A DNA stretch of 63,867 nucleotides, filler included, from Asterionella formosa (GCA_002256025.1; 11 parts of 11 records of this genome joined end to end with filler, not necessarily neighbours in it); one strand, 5' to 3'; positions 24,191 through 35,712 are shown, counted from the whole stretch's first letter. Numbers and translations are program-made. The notes: generated from the letters alone by a model not told the origin.

Positions 24191-24791
24191 ATTTATTAAT
24201 CCATTTACTATAATTGTATTCTTACCGGTCACCACCATGAAACAACAATCAACAACAACACGAGCGATGCCAATGACATTTGCGATGGCGATATCCTTGT
24301 CCTGAGATCTATTTCAAAAGTCGAAGCTGCAACTTGCATGCTTGTTGTGGAGCGATTATCAAGCTGAATGCTAAAGGCTCAGGCAGTTCTGGCCTTGATG
24401 TTGTCGGCTTGCCGGAAGTGTTCACAGAATCATTTCGTCTGCTGCCTCATGATGCAGAAATATTTCGTGCATGTCATGATTCTGGTCGAATAATCATATA
24501 AGTGATGTGGTTGGCTTATATTAATTTCCATCACGATCCAAGTCGTAGAGTCTACACAAGTTAATACCGTTGTAGGATTAGGTACAAATGGGTACACACA
24601 CTTGGAATTACTATTGATGCCATCACAAAACTCGGGCGCACCGGTGCACCAAAAACAGAAATTGTATTGATCATAGAAACTGTTTGAACCTACAACTAAA
24701 TATCTTTTAATATTGCTATTTACGTTTTAGACTACGGAGAAAACGGTGGTGAAGTTGGTTTGCTCGCAGTGTTGGATTATCAAAAAAGGTC

Positions 24792-24891
24792 NNNNNNNNN
24801 NNNNNNNNNNNNNNNNNNNNNNNNNNNNNNNNNNNTTAATTAATTAANNNNNNNNNNNNNNNNNNNNNNNNNNNNNNNNNNNNNNNNNNNN
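24792..24891. other. Artificial contig linker
   Basis: N44-TTAATTAATTAA-N44. Confidence 0.99.
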
Positions 24892-25137
24892 GGGGGGTGC
24901 ATAAGGTGAAAAGTTTGAAGTGTAGCTCTTGGAGCAAGGCTTGGAAGTCCGGGACCGGTACAGTGGCGGGAGTGGGGCTGTGGGCAAGCAAGGGCAAGGA
25001 AAAAATGTTTCAGGCGGAGGTCTACCCAACGAAGGATTTGGGCCAGGAGGAGTGGGGGGCGGTTGAGGTCGTCCCAGTATTCCATTGCCAACATTTCGCT
25101 ATGGCTGAGGGCATGAATAAACAGGCGGCAGTGGGTG
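24892..25137 (-). pseudogene. Continuation of the DIRS-like ORF1 beyond the inserted TIR element
   Basis: HCRLFIHALS...LLLAQILRWVDLRLKHFF is in frame with ...VFGPHNGLTT once 25138-28989 and the 2-bp TSD are removed. Confidence 0.6.
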
Positions 25138-26399
25138 CGTCTGCAAATAAAAACCATCATATTTCCATGATGCATCATGGGATTATGATCATCTGATTAA
25201 AATTTTTCGTTGTATCATCTAATTATTTTGATAAATGCCCTTGTAATTTAAATAGTAAGCCTTTTGATTATGGGAAATTAATTATTACATGTATTGTTTC
25301 TTTCAGGTTCCTTTATTTCAATTTCTTGGTAGGATAATGTACCAGTTAGAGTAATGTGGTTTGGCTCATCATCCTTGCCAATCCTCACTCTGATTCTTGT
25401 AACAATGACAAACCAGCCTTGTCGAAAGGAACGAGTTTGTGATAAAATCTTCATTTGTCGTTCAAGTCATCATATGTCTTCGATGAATCATCCTCTACAT
25501 TGCACAGTATGTTCGTACTATGCAATCCGTTAAGAGCTTGAAAAGAAATCCAATGAAAACGAAATGGCTCATCACATAAGACGAATATTTCCGGTCTGTC
25601 ACCAGAGTATCAATCAGTGTTACAACCTCGATCATAGCTAAACAACATCCATTATAGATCTGCACAATCTACTTCTCCATAACATCGTCTCTCTAACAAA
25701 AACGTAATCCATCTAGAATTGAAACGCAGCATAGCAGGCGATATGCACAAAGAAGCATGAGACTGTCTATTTATAGTAACACTGTGATCCTGGTTTCGTA
25801 ATTTTCATGCCTCATTAGATTTTCTTTGTCATTGTACTAGTTCCTTACCTTTAAAGACAGGAGCGTTTTCTTTGATGCATCTGGAATATTTCAATGGATG
25901 GCAGCAGTTGGATTTAGAAACAAACCTTGACAAAAGCACTGATACTTTGTAGATGTTCATGAAAAGCGAGACACTTTGACCTATCGAACACCAGCCAGTC
26001 TATACTGCAAAAATGCAAGAAGCACGAGTTGAATGACCATTTATGGATTCAAGTTTCAGTAGTGCAACAATGTAAAATATTAGAAACCGGAAGTCACATT
26101 TCATCTAATTACGGTTTTCATTAGCTGTACTAGCTAGTGTTGATTGGTGCGAGGAAGCAATGGTAGAATTGCTGCCAAACGGGCAGGGCAAACACAGAAA
26201 ATCCTATTAATTTTTCTCCCCAATGATCCCAGACCCTTCTTGAATGTCACTTGCTAGAGAAAATGGAGAACAGCCGCCGTGATCTGTTGATTGTTGCTTT
26301 ATGATGCCACTGACCCAAACCTTGCTCCAGAAATCTCAATGAGTTGCTTGTTTCTTGACTTAAATGCAAAAGGGATCGAAGCCAGTGGAAAATCAAAAG

Positions 26400-27117
26400 G
26401 GAACTAAAAATGATCTGCAAAAATCAGGACAATTGTGAAAGAGAAATGAAGGTTCTTGGGAGGAGAAGTAAAGGGATAATTGCTTCTGGTCTTGCGGGAA
26501 CAAGAATAGATTGACCCAAACAATGTTGACAAATAGGTACCTACGGGAAAAGGAAGCAATGCTTTCGACATCATCAATCTAGCTATACACAAGCCTGCGC
26601 CATCAAATGTCATCAATATAGCTACCTCGACTTCATCAATGAAGAAGTCAATGGGTGGAGCATGTGAGGAAAATCCGGGTTGAGGTTTTCTTGACGCCAA
26701 CGTGGACCTGCTTGGCTGAACTCCTTGAAGATGAAGGCATTGAGTAATCTGGGTCTGTGAAGCCAAAGGATAAAGAAAAATCTATGACAAGGGTGGTGAG
26801 ATAGTGTTTAGGAGGGGGGAGCAAAAGTTATCATAGCTGAACGCATTCGAAACTTGTATCGACAATAGATGGTGGCATACCATTGCTGCTCTTGGCTGAC
26901 AGCTGCCAAGTCAAGTACAAACACAACGAGGGTGCATAAAAGACAGTGCGATTTTAATCGACTGGCTGATACTTAGTTGTGAGACTCACCATTCTGCAAT
27001 GGGGTGGACTTTGATCATTGCTTCGTTCAAAGCACAATCAATTCGAATGCTGTCCAGTGAAACAGCCAATGAAAGCAATTGTGGCGAAAAAGCGCAGAAC
27101 AGATCAAGAGATTTCAT
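26400..27117 (-). pseudogene. Intron-rich gene remnant inside the TIR element
   Basis: ATG at 27117. Introns GTGAGT..GCAG (26989-26903) and GTATGC..ATAG (26880-26782) flank a 22-nt exon. The spliced frame joins ORF 26404-26766. Confidence 0.4.
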
Positions 27118-28094
27118 AGGAATTAAAATAACAACAGCAGGGCATATATGATGCACTGCTCCTTGTGTAGACTAGCTATATTTGATCATTTCCTTATTTC
27201 ATTCTATTCAGGTGCATGGATGACTCCTCCCGCCCTTTCATTAGATATGCAGATATGCAGCCATGTCGCGATAATTCTACAGGACCTATAGGATTGGTAG
27301 TCTGTTGCTCATCATTTCCGCATTGTATATACCAGTAGGAGTCATGTATGCATGCATGCTGCGATAATTCTTACAAGACATAAAAATTTGGTAGCTTGGG
27401 AGTTATCTCTTCCGGACTGTATACAGGGGAGGAAATGGTTGCATGCATGAGCAACGACTACTCCGGTATAAACTATGATCTTTAATCGATGATTCTTGAT
27501 TCGTTTATCCTATGATACCTTTGATCATAACATATTGATCATATGATGAACGGTGTCGTTGATGAGAAAATGAAAGATCAAAATTTATTTTCAGGAATCA
27601 GGATTAATTGATCTTAAAAATATGATCAAATGATCCTAAACACATTAGCATGTTCAGTTTTCCGCTACACTATTGTGGCATTTCCATGATTAAAATAATT
27701 CCCAGGAAGTATACAGTACTACCGGTAGGCCATATGAATTTTGGTCAATATGTCCATATACATAAATGTATGATTTCGACCATTTGAAAAATTGGTGCTG
27801 ATGACTCCCGTTTATTTGGGGGCTTAATAAAATCAGCCACTGACTTGTAGGTACAAGAATTGACTCATAAAAATATTGAAAAAAACTCAACACGTCGTGG
27901 AAAACAATGAACTCATCATGCATTGTATATATTTGAATTATGTATAATCAAAATTGATATTAGTATACACAGGATGTGCCGTATAATGAGCGTGTTTAAA
28001 GCTATGCAAATGTTCAACTATATATACATTTAAACTTCTTACAAATCTTTATATATATGTATTCATGGCTGAAATATTTGAAATCATTTTTTTA

Positions 28095-28417
28095 TGTTCC
28101 TTGTCATGCATACACTTTGCTCCTGAAATGAAGAATTATCACACATGATGACGCGGAAAACGAAAGTGATAATACAGCACAATGATACTTGCGGCTTAGA
28201 AGAGAAGGGCGGAATCAATTGATGGTAAGTCAAGAGCAAATGCCTTTCATGTTCCTTGTCATGCTGCATACACTTCCTGAAATGAAGGATCTCAAGCAAC
28301 ACATGATGCGAAAAACTGAAGTGACAATACAGCACGATAAGAATGAGTGAATATGATGGAGAAGGGCGGAATCAACAAGCTTTGCATAGCATCACGGTTT
28401 GTCAAGAGCAAATGCCA
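28095..28417. repeat. Degenerate ~155-bp tandem duplication inside the TIR element
   Basis: TGTTCCTTGTCATGC...CCTGAAATGAAG...AATACAGCAC...GAGAAGGGCGGAATCAA...GTCAAGAGCAAATGCC occurs twice. Confidence 0.8.
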
Positions 28418-28890
28418 GGATGATCAATTGCTGGGATTACAAATACGGAATGACTCAGCCCCTTTCAGTGATTCAATAGCAGCTCCTTTTCGATTTGGTG
28501 GCTGGCCAACCATCAATGTGGACAAAAGAAATCGGTAAGTGCTGCCTATCAGCCATCTTTGGATCAATCTGCAACTGTTAGAAAAACTGACACATATGTG
28601 TTGCTTCTTTCAGGATAATGGTAGACAAACAGTATTTGTAAGTTACAAACAGCAGTGTTGGAGCTCATTTATTGATTGATACTTTGCTTCTCATTCAATC
28701 TTCGACTGACACATTCTTCTACAGAAATATGCATCAGTTACTTCCTCAATTTGTGGTAAGTGAAGCAAGATAGAAGCGAAACGCATGTTGTTGTGTAAGC
28801 AAAACATGAACAGCTAACAATGAATTGCTTCTCTTTGTTAGTATGGCTGATTGGAACAACGAAACGGATTCTATAGTAATACATTGATCA
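28410..28890 (+). pseudogene. Micro-exon gene inside the TIR element
   Basis: Three GTAAGT...CTRAC...AG introns (28535-28613, 28638-28724, 28756-28841) separate 24- and 31-nt exons. The spliced frame reads APFRFGGWPTINVDKRNRIMVDKQYLNMHQLLPQFVYG*LEQRNGF. Confidence 0.6.
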
Positions 28891-28989
28891 TATTTTTGAT
28901 CAAAAAACTATTATATATGTAAAAATCCTGTGCCACTTAGCATATGATACCCTTGATCCTATATTCATGATAGTTTTTATTTACAGACG

Positions 28990-30640
28990 TGGTCAAGCCA
29001 TTGTGTGGCCCAAAGACCTCTGCCAAAACCAGGAGGAAGGATTTGAGTGTTATCAAGGCATGCCAGCCACATGGGGGGTGGGAGGGGAAGCTTGGAAGCT
29101 TCCTTGAGAGCAAGAACATCAGGGAGGGTGAGGGTGTTGGCGCCACCATGGAGATCTGAGGAGATTGGCAATAGGTCTTTGAGGTGAGCGTCAAGGGCTT
29201 GGGAGACATTTGTCACCAGAAACATGGTGAGGCCTGTGTCAAGATCATGGAGGTTGCCCACAAAATTACATCTGGTGATGGCATTTACGAGGGCGGGGGT
29301 CGCCACAGGGGAGTGGGTGGAGTCTAGGTTCTTTTCAATGGGGGCACACTGAAGGAAACATTGGTGGAGAACGTAGGCCGCTTCCCCTTTCAGAGCATCG
29401 GCTAGCTCATGATAGAGTGTGCATAGTTCCTCTTCGATGTCAACATCACAGAATTTTAGGAGGAATCATGGGATGGCCCCTTGGAAGCGGTGGGAAGGGA
29501 GTTTGGGGCTGGAGGTGGGGTCAGCAGGGGTGTCACAGGAGCGGAGCAAAGCATTGAGGGCCTGGGTCAGGGCAGCAGGGGCGCAAGGGAGCTGATTGAG
29601 GCAGAGGGTGATGGGGTCCTAGGTCCCTGTGAACCACTGTGGCTGTGTATTTGGCAATGGCTCCATTGAGAGGAGTGACAAACCAGCTGGGGAGGTGGGA
29701 GGAGGTTTCCCGGCAGGACGTCCATGGGGTCTAGGGGGTTTGGCCCCTTCCATACATTTGCGATTCGTCACCATGCAAGAATGTCGGTGTGAGCATCCCG
29801 GAGACCCTTTGCCAGGATCTGGCCGCCCAAATCCTGCCATGCTTGCCGGGGTCTGAGGTCCCGGTTGATGAGGATAGCGGCAAGGAATGGGGGGAGGTAC
29901 ATAGAGTGGCAAACATGAACTATTTCTGTGGTGCCCGGTTGGAGGGGAGCAGTTTCAGGAGGGGTTAAAGGGCCCAAGAACTCCCCAGGGCCTCCATGTT
30001 GGTCCCAATTGTGAAGGGCTTCATCCATTGTTTCGATGGTTGGGACATGTAATGGTTCAAGAGGAGCAAAGATCTCGTCACCAGCATAAACTAAATGGAA
30101 CTGTTGGGCTACTACATCCCCAAGCAAACCAAATACATAGTTGTCCCATGGAGTTGGAACACCCAGCCGGCCTGGATAACGGAAGATGCGATGTAGGCAG
30201 GTGACTTTGATTTTTCCATGGAGTTGGGAAGGACGGCGAAAGCTAGGTGTGGAGGTTCCCCACTAGTGATGGCAGTCATGAGGTCCTGGGAATTGACCGG
30301 GGTCGGGGTTTGAAGAAAAAGTTTTGCACAACAGGGGCATGATTTCCTCGATTGGCATCAAAGGTTGGGTCCTGAAGCCATTCAGAGTAGGATTACATGA
30401 TGGTTGAGAGTCAGATGTGCCAAAGGATGTTAGGTGTTTAGAATATTGTTCTGGTGGTGTGTAGTGCCAAAACTGTGCCCGTGGTGCCAAAACCTGGGCC
30501 ATGTCCAAGCCTGCGTATTTTGTAAGTTTCTGGTAGTACCCTCTTGTAATAGTGTAATAGTTGGGTATCCTTCGTCTGGAATAGCGTAATTTACTGTGGC
30601 GGAGAGGTGGATGGGACTTGGAAACAAGGGGGCACACTGA
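28990..30640 (-). pseudogene. ORF1 (gag-like) of a probable DIRS-like tyrosine-recombinase retrotransposon, frameshifted
   Basis: LHRIFRYPGRLGVPTPWDNYVFGLLGDVV, MYLPPFLAAILINRDLRPRQAW..LGGQI and ATPALVNAI..NFVG..HDLDTGL.MF recall ORF1 of diatom DIRS-like elements. No RT or YR is present in the contig, so the class is inferred. Confidence 0.5.
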
Positions 30641-31006
30641 TGGGAGCCACCACTAGCAGCCGAGGAAGAGGAGGAGGTTTTGAGACATTGTAATGAAAAA
30701 GGGCTTGTGACAAGTGTGACAAGGCGCGGCGTTGTGGATCGGTGAGGGGAGCTTCGATGAAGCGATCAGAAATGAGCTACGGCGGAAAGAGAAAGGTTCC
30801 GAAGTCTCAGAGGCAAGGGTTTCGACAAGACAGGCTTCCAACGGGATGGCTTGGCTGCTGTACCGAAGGGGGAGACTGTGATGGTCTCCGTTCCGGTCTT
30901 ACCAGTTGAATGACAATGGTGTGATTCAACAAATTTATGAAGGTTCCGATTCAACAGCCAGCAGTTTCTGCGAATTGGGGGGAGGGGGGGGGGGGGGGCG
31001 GGCGCC

Positions 31007-31106
31007 NNNNNNNNNNNNNNNNNNNNNNNNNNNNNNNNNNNNNNNNNNNNTTAATTAATTAANNNNNNNNNNNNNNNNNNNNNNNNNNNNNNNNNNNNNN
31101 NNNNNN
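31007..31106. other. Artificial contig linker
   Basis: N44-TTAATTAATTAA-N44. Confidence 0.99.
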
Positions 31107-31915
31107 ATCTTAAACTTATTTAGAGCCAAATCCATTAGGGAGTCCACGCTAAAATCGACTCTCCCATCATGATACTGATCCTGCTGTCCTACCATGTAGT
31201 CGTGGAAAACCTTGTCTTCAACAGCCTCATAGGCCGTAAACAAGTTAGTCAAAAGGTCAGAGGAGGTTTCACCGCGGGACATGAGGGCATCGCGCTGGAC
31301 ACGAACATGTAGGTTGAACTTTTCAATATCGCAATTTACGGACAGCATGTATTGGTCCAATGCACTTAGTGTTCGTCGAATTGTCGCCACAGTAGATCTG
31401 GTATCCACGGTGCACCTTGTGATGAGGAGTTTCAAGAATGCCGCTCCACTGGCTACCACAAAGGTGTGGTCAGTAGGTGATACCAGTCTGTACGTAGCGG
31501 AGTCTGTGGAGACTTTTAGTAGTGCCTCAAGTGATAAAGAATCATAGATGCACGTAAATAGTTGTGCACTGTTCTGTGCGTCACGCGTATGCGTATGGAC
31601 ATGTGCGGCTGCGTGAGCCACTACATTTGCCATAGACACTCTCCCATATTCAGTAATCAGGTTCCTCCCAATGTTCTGGTCATCGGGGACAGTAAGGATG
31701 GATGCCCACCCGAACGCATCCGCTCTCTGCTGCAAGGCTTGAAGAAAGAGGCGGAGACTTCCTGTTTCACCATCGAAGGTATGGTTGAGTTTCTCAGTAG
31801 CAGACTTGTACAGTTTCATCCCTTCGTTGGAGTTGTAATTCACAGGATCGGGGTTGGCAAGAGCCGGCGTGAGTGCAAAGACGAAGGCCGCAGGGGCATT
31901 GATTGCTTGAGCCAT
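31107..31915 (-). mobile_element. Gag of a CoDi-type Ty1/copia retrotransposon, intact frame, cut by the contig end
   Basis: FALTPA..YNSNEGMKLYKSAT..FDG, RADAFGW, NLITEYG, RDAQNSAQLF.CI..SL, DTRST...IR..L..LD.YM..DIEKFN, LLTNLF.AY....DK.F. Confidence 0.85.
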
Positions 31916-32396
31916 GTTGGGAGCGAGTCCGCGAAGTCGAGGAGATCGACGAAGAATGTTAGAAGGAAATCTGGAGACGACGTTTTGTCGTTGTAAGCGC
32001 AGGGGAAGCGTGAGGGAAACCACCGAATATCAAATACAAATAAACGTAGTTTAATAACCAATAAGACAGGATCAATATCGAACGAATCTATTTTAGTTAT
32101 ATGAGATAGTATCGTCATTTCCACAAAAGGCAACTCATCAACCATCAGTTGGATCGCTCACAAAACGGCAACAAGAGAAGACCGGGAACATTCGAATATA
32201 CATGAATGACACCTGGAACATCGCCCATACCACCTCTCAAATCGATACTGAGATCGCCACCAAACATTGTCAAGGAGGACCCAGCAGCTTTGATGGAAAC
32301 GGCATCGGCATCTGAAGCAAGTTACAAATCGAATCCAACAACAACCGAAAACAAACCCGGAAACCCATCAGATACTTTCATACCGGGATCGTAAGA

Positions 32397-32940
32397 CTAT
32401 TCACCCGTAGGAACTTCGAATAATCTCACAGAACCCAACCATCCAAAGTAACGCAGGTGACAAGTTTCCCCCATTTCCTTTGTAAATTCTTCACTAGTAG
32501 TACTAGCATGTATTGATTCAATAATCTGTTGGGCACTTTGTTCCATTGGTGCTCTCACATTGTCTTCCAAAATGATGTCAACATCTTCATTGACGCACTT
32601 TTTCATAGCAATTAAATGAGCTAACGTGCATTCAAGGACAAATCTGCCTACCTCGATTTAATCCCTTGGCTTTGCCCCATAACTCAACAGAATAGTGTAG
32701 TTTAGTATCGTATTCGCTTCCTCTAAGGTTGGCTGTGACAGCAACGTTCTTTAAAGCATTGTAGAAGCTGTCATCAGTAACAATAGTAGTAGTAGGTGTT
32801 GTTGTTCCCAACTCGTTTAGTTGTTGATCATGCCTCAAACTTGGTTTCATCGCTTTATATTCTTCCTCAGGAATGAGACCAGCTTCAAGAAGCAATTGGA
32901 AAGCACTTGGATCTTGTCCTAAAGGATTGAGCTGTTATTC
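32397..32940 (-). pseudogene. Degenerate coding fragment of unknown identity
   Basis: Two consecutive broken ORFs (32632-32895 and 32397-32606) with protein-like composition. Confidence 0.3.
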
Positions 32941-32951
32941 CACAAGAAAAG

Positions 32952-34178
32952 ATGATGGGCTGCGTCTTCAAAATTATCCTTCATTTCTCGAAGGAGATTT
33001 CGAATTTATATTTCTCGTTCTCCGCCCATAGAAATTACCAATGGTCGGAAGAGTTTTCTGTTGCTATTGCTATTGCTATTGCTATTGCTATTGCTATTGC
33101 TATTGCTATTGCTATTGCTATTGCTATTGCTATTGCTATTGCTATTGCTATTGCTATTGCTATGTTGGGGACCACGATGTTGGTGCAATTGCTCGGGTAT
33201 GTGTTTGTCTTTGTCTTTGTGTTTGTGTTTGTCTTGTCGGGGGCTTCGTTGTTGTCGCAGTTTTTGGCGTATGGGTCGATCTTGGATTCGGATTTGGCGG
33301 AAGTGTTGAATTTCGTGTCAGGGGCTGTGTTGGGGGAAATGTTTGGAGAATTGGTTGGGAATATTGAGAAATGGATCTTCGTTTTGGCCTTTTTTGTGTT
33401 GGTTCTGAAAAAGAGTTATTGTGTCAAGGCTTTGGTAGTGTTCGCTTTCAAGTTTTATGGCAATGGATGTGAATCAAGAAAGACAAAGGTCAAGGCTTCT
33501 GGGATGCAAGATGGTGTGGTTACAACAAAGGTTGCTGAATACATTTCCGACAATGAAGGCAAAACACAAGTTTTCATTTCCGACAATGAAGGCAAAACAC
33601 AAGTTTGTATGAAGGATGCTAGTGTGACTACTATTGTAAATGCAATGTCAGACCTTGTACTGAAAAGTACAAAGTCGTCAATTTGTTCTTACCCTGTGCA
33701 ACCTATGAAGTCCCCTCCTCGTCTGAGTGAGAATCCAGCCGAAGGGTCGCCAGCGAAAGTATTCAAGCTGACATGGCTGCCGACTGTCTCACTGCATCCC
33801 TACTATGCACCTGGAGACGGATTGGTACCTCAAGTGAACGTGAAAGCAAGTTCTGTTTCTGTTGCTCCGAAAGTCTATAGGGGGTCATCTTATGCTTGTC
33901 CTCTGCATACGGATTACTGGGTGGATTACAGGCCAGCCAAGGAATGCCACATGCGACGAGATGATTTATGGTTCCTACATTCCTACTTTTCTCTCAAATC
34001 ATGGAAATCAAGAAAGATGGAGATTAAGGCTATGCTAGATGGTGTGGTTGCAAGAAAGGTTGCTCAATACATTTCCGACAATGAAGACAGAATGCAAGTT
34101 TGTATGAAAGATATCAGTGTGAATGCTATTGTAAATGTATTTTCTGCACCACTTGAACTGAACAAAACTACTGAATGA
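32952..34178 (+). CDS. Uncharacterised 408-aa ORF with microsatellite-encoded hydrophobic tracts and an internal duplication
   Basis: Open for 1.2 kb. Contains (AI)n and (VF)n tracts and a repeated KVA.YISDNE..QVCMKD.SV module. Confidence 0.4.
   Translation: MMGCVFKIILHFSKEISNLYFSFSAHRNYQWSEEFSVAIAIAIAIAIAIAIAIAIAIAIAIAIAIAIAIAMLGTTMLVQLLGYVFVFVFVFVFVLSGASLLSQFLAYGSILDSDLAEVLNFVSGAVLGEMFGELVGNIEKWIFVLAFFVLVLKKSYCVKALVVFAFKFYGNGCESRKTKVKASGMQDGVVTTKVAEYISDNEGKTQVFISDNEGKTQVCMKDASVTTIVNAMSDLVLKSTKSSICSYPVQPMKSPPRLSENPAEGSPAKVFKLTWLPTVSLHPYYAPGDGLVPQVNVKASSVSVAPKVYRGSSYACPLHTDYWVDYRPAKECHMRRDDLWFLHSYFSLKSWKSRKMEIKAMLDGVVARKVAQYISDNEDRMQVCMKDISVNAIVNVFSAPLELNKTTE
33061..33162. repeat. (TTGCTA)17 microsatellite
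   Basis: Perfect hexamer run. Confidence 0.97.
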
Positions 34179-34609
34179 AGAACAAAAACTACCAAAACTA
34201 CCAAAACAACAAAAACAACAAAGACAACAACATGAAATTCTATCAAGTTCGGTTTGCTCGCTGTGAAATGTTTCCTTAGATGACACTCTTGATCGTTCAA
34301 GTAACAACTGGTTTGGGACCCAGTAACCCCTATGGGGGTACGCCCTCGAGTTCAATTGTCTTCTTCTGGTCTCATCTCACAACACCAGGTAGACCGTTCT
34401 CACAAACCAATCAGGCGGCGCGGCGAATTACAACAATGTATTATAGAGCTATAGAGCTATGAAGCTTTTCTTTTCGTGGATGACCATTTTGTATTATAGT
34501 AGAAGGCAATAACTTATTTTCGGGTATGACATGATGATTACTTTGTCTTATAGAAGCTATAGAATGATTGGAGTTATTTCATTTTATTGGTATCAGTAGT
34601 CTTGAATGA

Positions 34610-34730
34610 GAGCATCATCATTGGGTTTTAGGGTTTTAGACAACGAATATAGTGAACAACACTTGTTGCGATTCAAGACCTTAGCAACCATAACTGATTT
34701 AAAAACTGGGCACCAACAGGCTTAGTAACA
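34610..34730 (-). pseudogene. Myosin motor-domain fragment
   Basis: VGAQFLNQLWLLRS*IATSVVHYIRCLKP, then an 8-bp duplication (CTAAAACC), then PNDDAL. This matches the myosin VG.QF..QL..L...I..T..HY.RCLKPN motif. Confidence 0.7.
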
Positions 34731-35712
34731 GGCAACAGTTTCTCACCCGCCATACCATGATCACCCAGGGAACCAACGTATAAATTAAATGTTTTCAATA
34801 AGAGGGAAAAATCCCCGAAGGCTCTTTTCCAACCTGACATGAGTTTGTTTATGTCAACGTAATCTCCAGAGTTCAATGAATCGAGCATGCTTTCCACACC
34901 GGACCAGGCGTACAAGTATCGAATAGGCTTTTGATCGGGTACCTACACTGTTCAGCAGAAACTCAAATAGTGAGCAGATCAGAGAAGATGAAATAAAATG
35001 AAATCAGATCAGATGAAATCAGATGAAATCAGATCTGATCTCACGAAATAATCATCTCGTAATAAAAATCAAAAATCATCCAATGTTCCAACTTTGAATT
35101 ACATATTTGTTGAACAGTTGTTGATAGGAGGCACAGGCCTTGGACACTTCGCTACCCGATGATGGAAATATAATGGAACCATTTTGATACAGACAATGTA
35201 CAGTGGATTGTGTAGACACAAAATATCGAGAACTCTCATGGAAGCTTTTTTGCAGAGCTGATGTGACCGCACGCTCGCGTATTCGACTTTGGTATACTAC
35301 CAGGTACCGGTAGCATCAGAGCAGCTTCTGTCAAGTCGACAGGACAAGGAGGAGGAGTTAGCGCAGCAATTTGAGTGAATCGAAGAATTCATGGAAGAAT
35401 TCAAACGAGAAATTCAGACTTGTCATTGTATCGTGCATCGAGCTCGAGCATCTTATGTTGGTTCAATTTGTCACACCCCGCCGCCATCACAAGCGCCCTG
35501 TGGCGGTGGATTTTATGCGCAATTTCAAGTGCGAATGTTGTGCAAAAAAGAGTTAAGAGCGAATTCAGGGGAATTTGTCCCTTGACGACCAACAACTTAC
35601 TCCGAGTCCACCATTGTCTGCTACTGGTACCTGGTACCAGGTACCTAGTACCTGATACTGCAGCTGCTGCTGCAGAAGCGTGGAAAAATGGGGAGAATGT
35701 AGTAGATCCTTG

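Larger units (their letters stand above)
25138..28989. mobile_element. Unclassified 3852-bp TIR DNA element with 2-bp TSD (TG)
   Basis: TIRs CGTCTGCAAATAAAAACCATCAT (25138-25160) and the reverse complement of 28967-28989 match at 21 of 23 positions. TG flanks both sides. Excision restores the host reading frame. Confidence 0.85.

Noticed and set aside
33006..33367. (CY)n, poly-Leu and (NS)n ORFs
   Set aside because: They are alternative frames of (TTGCTA)17.
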